This document shows, piece after piece, positions 30,295 through 41,546 of a stretch of DNA of 45,970 bases. The position numbers and the translations under genes were made by a program. How positions within the stretch are numbered: position 1 is the stretch's first letter; every line of letters begins with the position of its first letter. This stretch comes from Candidatus Latescibacterota bacterium (GTDB taxonomy: Bacteria > Latescibacterota > UBA2968 > GCA-2709665). The notes under the pieces were generated by a model, which ran no database searches, was not told where the DNA came from, and saw only the letters and a program-made list of their open reading frames with translations. The stretch is from NCBI GenBank assembly GCA_963667175.2, contig CAXXXF010000009.1:1-45970 (forward strand). Direction: 5' to 3'.

Positions 30295-31044
30295 ATGGAT
30301 GGAATAGATCATTTATTCGCGGCGAAATACGAGACGAGATTATTTCCGAAAATGAACGACACCATCTGTTGGGACGGACTTACGCAGGGTCGGTCCTGCA
30401 GCGCCGACGAAGCCATCGCCCGGCATGCCTTGGCCGATGCCGCCAGGGATGCCGAATGGACCCGCGTTTTCGAGATTCTCACCAACTACCGGAAATGGTG
30501 GGACCCGACCCGGCACGGGAGTTGGGTCAACGCCACCCGGCTTGACGGTTCGTCCTGGTACGCCCCTTTGCATCAGGCTGCCTGGCACGGCGCGGCGGTC
30601 GCAGTCGCCGAACGGTTGATCGGTCTGGGCGCGTGGCGGACGCTCAGGAATGCCCGGGGAGAGCGGCCGTTGGACGTTGCCAATCGAAGAGGGAACCGCC
30701 GCCTGCTACACGTTCTGGCCCCCGAATGCAAGCACGACGTCCCTCGCGAGGACCTATCTGAAATTCAAGCGCACTTCCATGCCGTCATTCGCGTCCGCGC
30801 AGAACACCTCGTGGTCGAACAGAGACTGCGGTTGCCGGAATTGGAGCCGTTGCTGGAACTGGATCAACCGGAAATGTGGTTTGCCGTACCAGGGATGGCG
30901 GGTGGATTCCACTATTGGCTGCGTTCTGAGTGTGATGAGATTCAGCTCGTTTCCGAAAGTTGGTGCCGCGTGGTGGGAGGTTCGGGACAGCGACACAAGA
31001 TTACGCCGCGCGGAAGCCGCCTCGTCGACGAGGGATTCGTGTAG
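30295..31044 (+). CDS. Ankyrin-repeat-like protein with an uncharacterised C-terminal domain
   Basis: APLHQAAWHG...LIGLGA...RNARGERPLDVA ankyrin pattern; C-terminal WFAVPGMAGGF...SWCRVVGGSGQRH. Confidence 0.7.
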   Translation: MDGIDHLFAAKYETRLFPKMNDTICWDGLTQGRSCSADEAIARHALADAARDAEWTRVFEILTNYRKWWDPTRHGSWVNATRLDGSSWYAPLHQAAWHGAAVAVAERLIGLGAWRTLRNARGERPLDVANRRGNRRLLHVLAPECKHDVPREDLSEIQAHFHAVIRVRAEHLVVEQRLRLPELEPLLELDQPEMWFAVPGMAGGFHYWLRSECDEIQLVSESWCRVVGGSGQRHKITPRGSRLVDEGFV

Positions 31045-31212
31045 CCCACTACGTATCTCCCGCCGTTCCTCTTATGTGCCAAATTCCGACGGTCCGTTAC
31101 ACGGCCTTGCAGGTTACTTGAGGATGCCATCGTGAGTCTTCGGTGTTTAGTAAGATTTCGCTTCACGAGTTTGGACCGACAAGCAGTAGGCATATCCTGG
31201 TACGTCACACAC

Positions 31213-31380
31213 TCAGATGGTGTCGAAATAAGTGTCGTTGATCGTGACTTCCGCGACCATTCGCTCGGTAACGTCAACACCGACCCTGTATTTGGCGATG
31301 AGTTCGCACAATTCGTCGCCGTCTATCAAGTCGATCGGTGGCGCGCCGTCCCGGGTCGCTTCCTTTCGTGCTGCGGGTGT
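31213..31380 (-). pseudogene. mrr: Remnant C-terminus of an Mrr-type restriction endonuclease
   Basis: Own translation TPAARKEATRDGAPPIDLIDGDELCELIAKYRVGV...INDTYFDTI*; in-frame stop at 31396-31398 upstream and no start codon. Confidence 0.75.
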
Positions 31381-31466
31381 TTGCTCAATTGGCGCCTAGC
31401 ATGTTCCTTTTGACGATGCCGATTCCCCTCCCTTTGGCGTGGATGTCTCGGTGGACGGACCTAAGT

Positions 31467-34400
31467 TTACTCCGAGTTCTCCGTTGACAATTCCGCCTGT
31501 CGCAAGACGAGCTGCGTCGCGTCTTCGGCCAGATCCGGAGGGTAGCCATACCTTGCCAGCAACCGGCGAACATTGCGCCGCAGGTTTGCCCGTACGGACT
31601 CACGTTGAGTCCAGTCGAGCTTGGGCATGCTCTTGACCATTTCGGTCAGTTTCCGAGCCATGAGACGCAATGTATCGCTCTGCATCGCTTCTCTGGCTGA
31701 CTCGTTCTCCGCCAGGGCGTCGTAAAAGGCAGTTTCCTCGCTGCTCAGACCCAGTTCTTCACCGTGGCGTTGCGCGTCCCTTAGACTCTTCGCCAAGTCG
31801 ATCAGCCGCGAGATCATCTCGGCGGTGGTGATCGTCCTGTTCGTATAGCGCAGCATCGCGTCGTCGAGCGCCTCCCGGAAATTGCGGCTCCGGACAATGT
31901 TCGTTCGTTCCGTGATACGGATCTGGTCATAGAGCAGTTTGCGAAGCGTCTCCAAGGCCAAGTTCTTCTGCTCCAGCGCCGCCACCCGACCGAGGAACTC
32001 GTCGCTAAGGATATCAAGGCGGGCGTCCGACAGCCCCGCGACGGTGAACAGGTCGATCACATCGTCGGCATCGACCGCACCGCCGATCACCTGGCGCACT
32101 GCGGCGTCGATGTCGCGCTGCCGTGCCTGACCGGCGTCACCGCCGGTGTCGTCGGTCAGGCGTTTGCGAATCATCGCCGTCACGCGCTGGAAGAACGCGA
32201 GGTGCGGAGCGACGGCCTCCGTCTCCGGGCGTGGAACCGCCAGCGCGAAGGCTGCCGACAGCTCCTTGACCAGCGTGCGCAGGCGCTTCCAGCCGTCGTT
32301 CTGCCCAAAAACGTGATCGATTGCGCGCAGATACACCTGAAGTACGGATTGCGGTTTGGCGTCGAGCGCCTGCTCGTAGTCGCAACCGTGGAAGAAGCCA
32401 CGCAGCTTCTCGAAGGCCGCTTGCATGGCAGGCACAGCCTCGTTCTGCACCCTCCTGACCGCCTCGCCCGTGCCGCCGGCCTGGGTGTACGTCGCGAGCG
32501 CATCCGCCAACTGATCGGCCAAGCCCAGCAGGTCCACGATCAATCCACCGGGCTTGTCGCCGTGGACACGATTCACGCGCGCAATCGCTTGCATCAGGTT
32601 GTGCCCGGCCAGCGGCTTGTCCAGATACATGGTGTGCGCCGGCGGGCAGTCGAAGCCGGTCAGCCACATGTCACAAACGATCACCAAGCGCAGATCGTCG
32701 TGAGGGGCCTTGAAGCGCTCGGCCAGACGCTTGCGGGCGGCCTTGGTACGCACATGGCTCCTGAGCGGCTCGGGATCTTCGTTGCTGCCGGTTACGACCA
32801 CCTTCATCGCCCCACGTTCGTCATCGACTTCGTGCCAGTCCGGGCGTAACGTACGGATCGCCTCGTAGAGCCGCGCGGCGATGTCGCGGCTCATGGTCAC
32901 CACCATCGCCTTACCTTCCATCGCGGCACGGCGCTTCTCCCAGTGTTCGACGATGAACGCCGCCAGGCGTTCGATGCGCTCTTGGGCGCCGACCAGGGAC
33001 TCCAGCGGTACTCGGATGCCGTCCTCAGCCCCTTCCCCGCCAAGGTGGGGGTTGGCGACGTACTTGACCACCTCCTCGGCGACGCGCGCACCCTCCTCGT
33101 CCACCTTCAGCTTGATGATCCGGGATTCGTAGTAGAGCGGCCGGGTGGCGCTGTCTTCGACGGCCTGGCGAATGTCGTAGACGTCCGTGTACTCGCCGAA
33201 GACGTGAGTCGTGTTTCTGTCGTCGCGCTCCAGCGGCGTGCCGGTGAAGCCGACGAATGTGGCGTTCGGGAGCGCCTCCCGCATCCAGCGCGCGCCGCCC
33301 TCGACGAAGCCGTACTGGCTGCGGTGGGCCTCGTCGGCCATAACGACCACGTTCGAGCGCTCCGAGATCACACCGTGCGCCTCAGCGAACTTCTGAATCG
33401 TTGTGAACACCACCCCGCCTGCCGCGTGGTCGAGCAAGGCTTTGAGATGCTCCCGGCTCACGGCCTGGACCGGATCCTGACGAAGCAGCACGCGCCCGGC
33501 AGCGAAGGTCTCGAATAGTTGATCGTCCAGATCGTTGCGGTCGGTGACCATGACGATCGTCGGGTTGGTCATGCGCGACTCTCGGATCAACCCCCCGGCC
33601 AACATCAACATGGTTAGCGACTTTCCCGAACCCTGGGTATGCCAGACCACACCCCCGCGGCCATCGCCCGTTCCGGATGGCGGCTTGAGACGCGCAAGCA
33701 CGCGCGCGCGCGCCTTGCGCACCGCGCGGAACTGATGGTAGCCCGCTATCCTTTTGTCGATCTCGCCACGTTCGTCCTCCTCGAAGGTGACGCAAGTCCG
33801 CAGGTAGTCGACCAATGTCCGCGGATCGAACAGGCCCCTGATCAGCGCCTCCAGGGTCGGCGCGCCGCCATCTTCGCGATCGTTGATCGGGCGCCAGGGC
33901 ATGAAACGGCCGCGCCTGCTGGTGATCGAGCCGACGCGGGTCAGCATGCCGTCGGAGACCACGAGCACCAGGTTCGACACGAACAGGTCGGGGGCGGTCT
34001 GCATGTAGCGGTCGAGCTGGTCGATGGCCACGCCCGGGTTTGCCCGGGTGTCGGTCGGGTCTTTCAGCTCAATCAACGCGATCGGCAGCCCGTTCAGGAA
34101 CACTGTCAGGTCCGGGCGGATGATCTTGTCCGAAGCTCCGGCGACGCCGAGCTGGCGCAGTACGCGCAGATCGTTCGCGGCCGGGTTGTCGAAATCGACC
34201 AGCCGCGCGCGGCCGCCGCGCCTCTCGCCGCTGTTCGATTCCTGGTACTCGATCTCGACACCGTCGGTCACCAGCGCGTGGAACCAGCGGTTGTTCCGGA
34301 TCAGCGTCGGGTGCGGTGGGCGCGACAGGATGCGCACGACCTCTTCAATGGTGTCGTGTGGCAGATCGGGGTTGAGACGATGAACGACACCGCTCAGTAT

Positions 34401-34526
34401 CGTGGTCAAAATCACGCTTCCCGGTCCGAACCAATGCTTTTCAGTCAGTTCGGATGCCGACATCACGGGAATCCTTACGGACTCGAACCACGCAGCGGCA
34501 GAGAGTTCTGCAGTCAGCTCATCCAT
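31467..34526 (-). CDS. hsdR: Type I restriction enzyme R subunit
   Basis: [19 protein letters not shown] nuclease motif, [29 protein letters not shown]. Confidence 0.96.
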   Translation of the reverse strand: MDELTAELSAAAWFESVRIPVMSASELTEKHWFGPGSVILTTILSGVVHRLNPDLPHDTIEEVVRILSRPPHPTLIRNNRWFHALVTDGVEIEYQESNSGERRGGRARLVDFDNPAANDLRVLRQLGVAGASDKIIRPDLTVFLNGLPIALIELKDPTDTRANPGVAIDQLDRYMQTAPDLFVSNLVLVVSDGMLTRVGSITSRRGRFMPWRPINDREDGGAPTLEALIRGLFDPRTLVDYLRTCVTFEEDERGEIDKRIAGYHQFRAVRKARARVLARLKPPSGTGDGRGGVVWHTQGSGKSLTMLMLAGGLIRESRMTNPTIVMVTDRNDLDDQLFETFAAGRVLLRQDPVQAVSREHLKALLDHAAGGVVFTTIQKFAEAHGVISERSNVVVMADEAHRSQYGFVEGGARWMREALPNATFVGFTGTPLERDDRNTTHVFGEYTDVYDIRQAVEDSATRPLYYESRIIKLKVDEEGARVAEEVVKYVANPHLGGEGAEDGIRVPLESLVGAQERIERLAAFIVEHWEKRRAAMEGKAMVVTMSRDIAARLYEAIRTLRPDWHEVDDERGAMKVVVTGSNEDPEPLRSHVRTKAARKRLAERFKAPHDDLRLVIVCDMWLTGFDCPPAHTMYLDKPLAGHNLMQAIARVNRVHGDKPGGLIVDLLGLADQLADALATYTQAGGTGEAVRRVQNEAVPAMQAAFEKLRGFFHGCDYEQALDAKPQSVLQVYLRAIDHVFGQNDGWKRLRTLVKELSAAFALAVPRPETEAVAPHLAFFQRVTAMIRKRLTDDTGGDAGQARQRDIDAAVRQVIGGAVDADDVIDLFTVAGLSDARLDILSDEFLGRVAALEQKNLALETLRKLLYDQIRITERTNIVRSRNFREALDDAMLRYTNRTITTAEMISRLIDLAKSLRDAQRHGEELGLSSEETAFYDALAENESAREAMQSDTLRLMARKLTEMVKSMPKLDWTQRESVRANLRRNVRRLLARYGYPPDLAEDATQLVLRQAELSTENSE

Positions 34527-35253
34527 CGGAGTCCTCCGACATGCTCTCGCCTTCCGCGATCTCCTCGCTCTCCGCTTCGGATCGGTTTCTGAACTCCACA
34601 AGGCTCTTGCGATAGGCCAGACGATCCTGGTGATGAAGCGCCTGACTCGCGCTGATCGGAACCTCTTCGATCTCGATGTCCGAGTACTTGGCGTCAAGAT
34701 AGCTGTCGAAATCCGTGTGAACTCCGAACCTCAAGTGGTTGATCGGATCGCGGCCGATTTGCTCTTGATGTAACCGGAACATGAGCCCGACAGCGGCATC
34801 GACCGCTGTTGCCGTGAGCATCGCATAGTCAACGGAAAGCACGGGTTCCAGCGCATCACGACCATGTGGCCCGACTCCCTGGCTCTTGCGCAAGGCCACG
34901 ACACCGTCAACCAGTGAGTTCAGCCCCCGCAGGATACTGGCGACGCCACGTTCAGCGTCCTTGTCGTCGGGATCCAGGGCTGTCAGTTGCAATGTCCTGA
35001 TTGCCTGCGTCATGAGCCAATTCGGCTGTGAATTCTCCGGGACCTCCTCGCCGCGGTCCAAGAGTATCGTGACACAGACGGTTTCCAGTAAGCCTCGGCA
35101 GTGTGTGAATGCAATTCCGGGGTCATCCTGGATTGTTCGTTCGATGGCCTCGACTGCGAGTCTCAAGGATGTCGCAGTCGGATACCGTTCGAAGAGTTGG
35201 CGACAGCTACGGAGTTCGAAGGGTCGGTCAGGACTCACTCTCGACCTCTCCAT
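34519..35253 (-). CDS. Abortive-infection C-terminal (Abi_C, HEPN-like) domain protein
   Basis: [13 protein letters not shown] and [23 protein letters not shown] pattern; overlaps hsdS and hsdR. Confidence 0.65.
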   Translation of the reverse strand: MERSRVSPDRPFELRSCRQLFERYPTATSLRLAVEAIERTIQDDPGIAFTHCRGLLETVCVTILLDRGEEVPENSQPNWLMTQAIRTLQLTALDPDDKDAERGVASILRGLNSLVDGVVALRKSQGVGPHGRDALEPVLSVDYAMLTATAVDAAVGLMFRLHQEQIGRDPINHLRFGVHTDFDSYLDAKYSDIEIEEVPISASQALHHQDRLAYRKSLVEFRNRSEAESEEIAEGESMSEDSDG

Positions 35254-36442
35254 CCACCTGTACCCGTACTTCGCCGGACAGCAACTTCGGAAGGAGCACG
35301 TCGCGCATCGCCGCCAGCCTTCGCGATTCGATCATCAACTGACCAAAGAGATCGAAAATCGGGCCGAACACTTCGTTCGCTTGATGAAGGACCTCATTCG
35401 GAGGCACGACGACCTGCGTTTCTTGAAGGTGTCCGCGCCTTATGTGTCCCATCGTTGTTGCCTTGCTTGCCGCGATGGCGCGGAACCACGGCAGGTGCCG
35501 CCGAATCCAGAGGAAGCAAAACCAACTCGGGAAACGCGACGATGTGACCTTGAACAGATGCTGATTCAGGGCACCCTTGCCACCGTACCAGAACGCGACT
35601 TCGAGTGTGCCGGACCACGAGAACAACAGATCGCCATCGTCGATCACATACTGCTCGGCCACGTCGCCATTCGCCCAAGCAGCACCTTCTACCGAACCCT
35701 TGCGGAGTTCGGCGATCTTGATTACGCGCAGGTCTTCGCCATCGCCGCGAGGCGGGTACTTCTGAAGTGCGAGTCCGTTCAGGAACGTCGCGATCGAAGC
35801 GATCCCCTTCATCTTCCAGCCCTCCGGCACGGGACCGACGTCGGAATCGACAAAGCGGGTGGGCAGGGCGTCGAAGACGTGCTTGGGCATGGAAGGGAAG
35901 GAGGTCGCGCAGGCGGCCTTGGCCTTCATCGGCTCGAAGTCTACGAACCATGACCGGAAGATTGCACCTGCCAGCCGATCCAGCGCCCGTGCCGATCTCT
36001 GGTTTTGTTCAATTTTGTCGTCGAGGGCTCCGAGGACACCAGCGATAGCGCGCTGCTCGTCAGGGTCGGGCACGACCATCTCGCGTGGATACACCGCCGC
36101 ACGCGTGGTTGACGGGATGGGTGAGCCGTCGTCGATCTGGCCGAGTTGATGGTGAATGATTGCGTAGTATAGCCACCGCATATCAAGATCTGACTTGGGA
36201 ACGACAAAATACGCGGTGTCAATAACAAAGAACGGATCGGCCGAATACTGAACGCCTCTATGCGCCCCCTTTCGACCCAGGATTACACCGGGGCCATCAG
36301 CAAGTGGCCTTTCGGTCCAACCGATCGGACCATTGGCGCCAAATACGCGAAAATGCCCAGCAGCATTGGAATAGTCTCGCAGACTCTTTCCATACTCGAG
36401 CGAGATTTCGTCGCCCCACGTAGACTGACGCCATTCATTCAT
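35228..36442 (-). CDS. hsdS: Type I restriction-modification specificity subunit
   Basis: Two TRDs with conserved [26 protein letters not shown] and [12 protein letters not shown] regions. Confidence 0.95.
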   Translation of the reverse strand: MNEWRQSTWGDEISLEYGKSLRDYSNAAGHFRVFGANGPIGWTERPLADGPGVILGRKGAHRGVQYSADPFFVIDTAYFVVPKSDLDMRWLYYAIIHHQLGQIDDGSPIPSTTRAAVYPREMVVPDPDEQRAIAGVLGALDDKIEQNQRSARALDRLAGAIFRSWFVDFEPMKAKAACATSFPSMPKHVFDALPTRFVDSDVGPVPEGWKMKGIASIATFLNGLALQKYPPRGDGEDLRVIKIAELRKGSVEGAAWANGDVAEQYVIDDGDLLFSWSGTLEVAFWYGGKGALNQHLFKVTSSRFPSWFCFLWIRRHLPWFRAIAASKATTMGHIRRGHLQETQVVVPPNEVLHQANEVFGPIFDLFGQLMIESRRLAAMRDVLLPKLLSGEVRVQVDGEVESES

Positions 36443-38120
36443 CCGGATTGATCTCTATTAGTCGATTTCGAACCACCGCTTTCAACCGCTCCCCCTCTCC
36501 AAAGCACTTCTCTAACTCGGCCAGTAAGCGCGGGTATTTTACCGCGAAGGGCTCGCCATCGTCTTTGACTTCCTCCGCGCCGACATATAGACCGGGCGTT
36601 AGTACGAAGTCGTGCTTGCCGATTTTCGCGACCGTGTCCGCTTTGCAAAAGCCAGGAATGTCGCTGTACACCCATTCGCCATGCTGCGCGTCGACCCACC
36701 AATCCGGCGCGGGCTCACCCCGCCACTGGCGGAAGGCGTAGACGATGCGGCCGAGGTCGGAATCGAAGTTCGGGTCACCCATGCCGCCGGCCAGCGTGCT
36801 TTCGCCATCGTCGCCGCCAGTGAGTACGCGGAGCGTGCGAGTCCGCATAGTGCCGAGCTTGCGGGCATCGATGAAGAGGGTCTCGCCCTTGCGGTCGCGC
36901 CCACCGTGCTTAAGGCTCCGGCCGATCTTGTCGCGAGTGAGGAACCACAGGCAGGCGGATATGCCGGTGGTCAGGAAGAGTTGTGCCGGCAGCGCGACGA
37001 TGCAGTCCACCAGGTCGGCTTCGACGATGCGCTGGCGAATCTCTCCTTCTCCACCCGAACCGCTCGAGAGCGAGCCGTTGGCCATGACGAAGCCGGCGAC
37101 GCCGCCGCCATGCCCGTTGGGCGGGGCCATGTGGTGGATAAAGTGTTGAATCCATGCGAAGTTGGCATTGCCAACCGGCGGCGTGCCGTGGCTCCAACGC
37201 ATGTCGTCGGCCAATAGCTTGCCCGACCAGTCCGAGACGTTGAACGGCGGATTGGCGAGGATGTAGTCGGCTTTTAGGTCGGGATGCAGGTTGCGCAGGA
37301 AACTGTCGGCGGGGTGAGAGCCAAGGTTGGCCTCAATGCCGCGGATAGCCAGGTTCATGTGCGCCAGCCGCCAGGTAGTGGGATTGGACTCCTGGCCGAA
37401 GATCGAAATGTCGGTCTTCTGCCCACCGTGGGCTTCCACAAAGCGCTCGGACTGCACGAACATGCCGGCCGAACCGCAGCAAGGGTCGTAGACGCGGCCC
37501 TCGTAGGGTTCGAGCATCTCTACCAGCAGCCGTACGACGCAGCGCGGCGTGAAGAACTCGCCGCCGAGCTTGCCCTCGGCCTGGGCGAACTTGCCGAGGA
37601 AATACTCGTAAACGCGGCCGAGAGCGTCGCGGGCTTTTGCGCGGTCGTCCTTAAAACCGACGTCGGCGATCAGGTCGATCAGCCCCTTCATCTTTTCCGA
37701 GGCGATGCCGCGGCGGGCATAATCGCGCGGCAGCTTGCCCTTCAGGTTCGGGTTGTCGCGCTCGATGGCGAGGATGGCGTCGTCGATCAGCGTGGTGATG
37801 TCCGGTCGCGCGGCTTGGTTCTGAAGGTTCTGCCAGCGTGCCTCGGGCGGCACCCAGAAGACTCGCTCGGCCGTGTACTCGTCACGGTTCTCCAACAGGC
37901 TTTCGATCTGAGGCCCGCTGATGCCTTCGGCTTCCAGTTCGGCCTTGAGCTCGCCGCGCCGTGCCTCAAAGGAGTCGGAAATGTACTTCAAGAAGAGCAG
38001 GCCGAGGACGACATGTTTGTACTCGGCAGCGTCGATCTGACCGCGCAAGGCGTCTGCCGACTTCCAGAGAATTTCGGCGTCCGCCAAGTCGGTGGTGGAT
38101 ACAATGCCATTCTTCGTCAT
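36435..38120 (-). CDS. hsdM: Type I restriction-modification N6-adenine methyltransferase
   Basis: [32 protein letters not shown]. Confidence 0.97.
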   Translation of the reverse strand: MTKNGIVSTTDLADAEILWKSADALRGQIDAAEYKHVVLGLLFLKYISDSFEARRGELKAELEAEGISGPQIESLLENRDEYTAERVFWVPPEARWQNLQNQAARPDITTLIDDAILAIERDNPNLKGKLPRDYARRGIASEKMKGLIDLIADVGFKDDRAKARDALGRVYEYFLGKFAQAEGKLGGEFFTPRCVVRLLVEMLEPYEGRVYDPCCGSAGMFVQSERFVEAHGGQKTDISIFGQESNPTTWRLAHMNLAIRGIEANLGSHPADSFLRNLHPDLKADYILANPPFNVSDWSGKLLADDMRWSHGTPPVGNANFAWIQHFIHHMAPPNGHGGGVAGFVMANGSLSSGSGGEGEIRQRIVEADLVDCIVALPAQLFLTTGISACLWFLTRDKIGRSLKHGGRDRKGETLFIDARKLGTMRTRTLRVLTGGDDGESTLAGGMGDPNFDSDLGRIVYAFRQWRGEPAPDWWVDAQHGEWVYSDIPGFCKADTVAKIGKHDFVLTPGLYVGAEEVKDDGEPFAVKYPRLLAELEKCFGEGERLKAVVRNRLIEINPDE

Positions 38121-38399
38121 GTCGTCGTGTAGACACCTCCCCTATGGCTTTGGAGTACTGCCACCGCCTTGAACCAACAAATAGCCCATTCGACTCTGTG
38201 CAGAACTTTGGACTTGCCGGACCGCATTGAGTACGCGACAGCGGTCTACTTGTCGGTGAGCGTAACCATCCTGCGACCGTGTTCCCCGAGGCTGGGCTAG
38301 CCAACCCCTATCCCACCTTGAGACTTCAAGTGTAAACTGCAATTCCAAGCCGAAGAATACAAATAAATGGTTTATTTACGATTATTTAAATCACATATT

Positions 38400-38490
<91 letters not shown>

Positions 38491-38570
38491 GCTCGAACGC
38501 GGGGCGCGCCAGGAACCCGTACCGGATTGCGGCTTCCGCCACCCGACCGCGGCGAGCCACCACCGCGGAT

Positions 38571-39047
38571 TTACGGGTCTCTCTGGCGCAATGTTTGGAA
38601 GAACTGTTTCAGAATCCTCGAGCAGGGCGCTTCGAGGACGGCTCTGCGAACGTCGATCCGATGGTTGAGCCTGGGGTCGTCGACCACGTTTCTGAGCGAA
38701 CCGCAGGCGCCGGTCTTTGGATCGTCTGCGCCGATCACCAGTCGGGACACCCGCGCAAGCACCAGTGCGCCGGCGCACATCGCGCACGGTTCCAGCGTGA
38801 CGTAAACGACACAGTCCGCCAGCCACTTCATGCGGGTGCGCGCCGTCGCGGACCGGATGGCCAGCATCTCCGCGTGCGCCGTGGGATCGTTGTCCCTCAG
38901 GACACGGTTCTGCCCCCGCCCGACAACCTCCCCATTGAGCAGAATGACCGCCCCCACCGGCACTTCGCCGGCGTTTCCGGCGCCCTCGGCCTCGGCCAGC
39001 GCCAGCTGCATTCCGGCTTCGTCCGCGTCGTTCAATTCGCGCACCAA
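38571..39047 (-). CDS. tadA: tRNA adenosine(34) deaminase
   Basis: EVPVGAV, DPTAHAE, TLEPCAMC. Confidence 0.95.
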   Translation of the reverse strand: MVRELNDADEAGMQLALAEAEGAGNAGEVPVGAVILLNGEVVGRGQNRVLRDNDPTAHAEMLAIRSATARTRMKWLADCVVYVTLEPCAMCAGALVLARVSRLVIGADDPKTGACGSLRNVVDDPRLNHRIDVRRAVLEAPCSRILKQFFQTLRQRDP

Positions 39048-39204
39048 TCGGGCGGAGATTCACGTCATCAAAGGGTTCCGGATCGGCAGACGAATATACC
39101 GCTTTACCCGTTCTGCGTCAATCATTTTCCCTGTGAAACCAACGCGTCAGGGCACGGCTCCGGCGAACCGCAGGACTGGTGGAAACGTGGATTGAGGCCT
39201 CTCA

Positions 39205-40512
39205 TCAGGCGGCGCCCAGCTTCATGGCGAAGAACGGGATCAGCATCTCCCGTTCGTGCAGCCCGCCGTGACGGCCTCCGACCAGGTCGGACGGCATGGC
39301 GTCGTCCCGATAGGCGTGGAACAGCGTGGCGCTGCCCCGCATCAGGGCAAGCACGTCGCCGATCCGGCCCGACAGTCCTCCTGCGCGCGGCCCGTCTCCC
39401 CAAAGGCCGGCGGCCAGCGCGGGTTCGGTCTCGATAACACATGCCGATCCGCGCAGCCCGCGCTCCAGGGCGGATTTCACCTCCGGGACCGCGCCGTTGC
39501 ACACGTGGAAATTCGCCGACCGGGCCGTGCCCGTGGGCGGCGCCGCCAGCCGGTTGACCAGCCCGTCAATTGCATCGACGGGCACGATATCCTCCTCGTC
39601 CACCTGAAGATGCCCGTGGTCCGCAAGGAGTATGAACGCGGCGTCCGCGTCCTGACCCTCAAGAGGCGCCAGCAACTCTCTCTCAATCGCGTAGCCCAGG
39701 CTGTGGATCTCCCCCGCGGATTCCTCGCCTCCGGCGCCGTATCGATGCTGGATTGTGTCCATCGTGTCCGTGTAGAGCCAGAGACACGCCGGTTGTCCCG
39801 GGTTTGCGGTCACCAGCCTTCGAACCTGGATGAAGAGATCCGACGCGTTCACGAACGGGACCACGTCGGTGGCGCCGTCGTAAAGCATCTCGGACAGGCC
39901 GCTGTGCGCCAGCGAGCGATGGATCATGCAATAGGACGCAACCCCGGCCCCGGTCAACAGCCTGTGCACGGTGGGTACGCCCAACAAAACGCGAGCGTCT
40001 CCGCTGTTCTGCAGCATCCGGCCGTACCGCTCGTCCGCCTCCGGACTCATCCGGATCATATTCGCCACGTATCCCCTGTCCGGCATGTACATCCTGTACC
40101 CCGCGACGCCGTGTCCGGCAGGCGGCAGACCCGTGTGAAACGACGACAGTGCAACTGCCGTGGTAGACGGGAAGACCGACGTGATCGGCACGAACCGCCC
40201 CCGCTCCGCAAGCGTACTGAACCCCGGCGTCCGTCCGGAATCCAGGACGCCGGTCATGGTGATATAGCCCAGGGCGTCAATCAGCGCAACGACCAGTTTA
40301 TTGGCGCCCGCCAGTTCGCGCCCGACGACCTCGTCGGCCAGTTCCGGCGATCCCACACCGCCGATCCCGAAGTGCCGCAGCACCGTGGGCGCCACGTTCG
40401 CCACGCTGTACCCGTCGTACGCCGGCCATATGAACTCATCCGGCCATGGCGTTTCGCCGAGCCTCCCGGGACGCTGCAGGCGCTTCAATATCCGGCGCGC
40501 GTCAGGGTTCAT
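39205..40512 (-). CDS. Alkaline phosphatase superfamily, nucleotide pyrophosphatase/phosphodiesterase
   Basis: LIDALG, SVFPSTT, DTIQH, LADHGH, GRHGGL..REM. Confidence 0.88.
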   Translation of the reverse strand: MNPDARRILKRLQRPGRLGETPWPDEFIWPAYDGYSVANVAPTVLRHFGIGGVGSPELADEVVGRELAGANKLVVALIDALGYITMTGVLDSGRTPGFSTLAERGRFVPITSVFPSTTAVALSSFHTGLPPAGHGVAGYRMYMPDRGYVANMIRMSPEADERYGRMLQNSGDARVLLGVPTVHRLLTGAGVASYCMIHRSLAHSGLSEMLYDGATDVVPFVNASDLFIQVRRLVTANPGQPACLWLYTDTMDTIQHRYGAGGEESAGEIHSLGYAIERELLAPLEGQDADAAFILLADHGHLQVDEEDIVPVDAIDGLVNRLAAPPTGTARSANFHVCNGAVPEVKSALERGLRGSACVIETEPALAAGLWGDGPRAGGLSGRIGDVLALMRGSATLFHAYRDDAMPSDLVGGRHGGLHEREMLIPFFAMKLGAA

Positions 40513-40558
40513 TTCAGCTCCTGGTGAACAGGTGCGCAACGTTGAAAGACAAGGTCGA

Positions 40559-40587
40559 ATAATAGACCGCCCATGTGAGGATGTCAA
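40559..40587 (-). promoter_or_regulatory. Sigma70-type promoter for the phosphodiesterase gene
   Basis: TTGACA-17 bp-TATTAT. Confidence 0.75.
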
Positions 40588-40743
40588 GCCCGAATCCCGG
40601 CACACGGACGACGTCTGAGACCGGCGCGATGGAACGCTCGCACCTCTCTCGTTGCGGCGTCGGCAAGGACGTCGAACGCCATTTTTTGCTTGACACCGCG
40701 GGCCCCTTCTGGTTATTTTCTCCAGCATTCTGAATGCCAGGGT

Positions 40744-40819
40744 TCCGGCGTAGCTCAGCTGGCAGAGCGGGTGGCTGTTAACCACTAGGTCGTAGGTTCG
40801 AGTCCTACCGCCGGAGCCA
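40744..40819 (+). tRNA. tRNA-Asn(GTT)
   Basis: 76 nt cloverleaf, anticodon GTT, GCCA end; TTGACA at 40690-40695 upstream. Confidence 0.96.
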
Positions 40820-40995
40820 ATTTTTCGACCGACGTCGCCAGCGACTCAAAGGTCTACCCAAAGCCCCGGAGAGCGAGTCCTTCGGGGCCGCTTCGTATTC
40901 GGGAGGAAAACGCGCGTCGGACCGATGATCCACGATATCGGCCCTCCAGCCTCGCGCCTGACTTGAGCCGCGACATGCGGTTTGGAGCGAAACCG

Positions 40996-41442
40996 ATGAC
41001 CGCCGCGAAGCCAGCAAGAGACGCAACGGAGGCCGGCAAGGAGCCGGTCCTCCTCTCGGGAGGAAACCCTCAGATTGCGAAGGCCGACGGGGACGCACCG
41101 GTGCAGGCTTATATCGCGGCCATGCCGGGCTGGAAGAGCGACGTCGGACGCCGCCTCGACGACCTTATCGTGCGCAACGTGCCCGACGTGCGCAAGGCCG
41201 TTCGGTGGAATTCACCCTGGTACGGGATCGAGGGCGAGGGCTGGTTCGTGAGCTGCCATGTGTTCGCCCGCTACGTGAAAGTAACCTTCCTCAACGGCGC
41301 GTTGCTGCAACCTGTCCCTCCAGGTTCAGGCAAAGACAAGGATTCGCGCTGGGTCGACGTCCACGAAGACGAACTCGACGAAGTTCAGATGGCGGCCTAG
41401 GTCCGGCAGTCGGCCGCCCTGCCGGGATGGCGCGGGTTCTGA
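40996..41442 (+). pseudogene. DUF1801/YdhG-like protein with a probable nonsense codon at 41398-41400
   Basis: LLSGGNPQIAKADGDAPVQAYIAAMPGWK, KAVRWNSPWYG; after TAG the frame continues VRQSAALPGWRGF*. Confidence 0.6.
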
Positions 41443-41546
41443 ATTCCCCTTACGTTCGATCCGTGAGTTGAGGCACCCTGTTCCCCGACAAGCTTCGGGC
41501 GGGACCGCCCGGTCCTGAATTCACCGCAGAAAGGACTTCGAGAAAC

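Noticed and set aside
38142-38348. Small ORF upstream of hsdM
   Set aside because: No recognisable motif or RBS; cannot be supported from sequence alone.
41398-41400. Pyrrolysine or stop-codon reassignment
   Set aside because: Single case; TAG is a normal stop in other genes here (metK, ybaB, alaS-adjacent GGGPS); no pyl genes seen.
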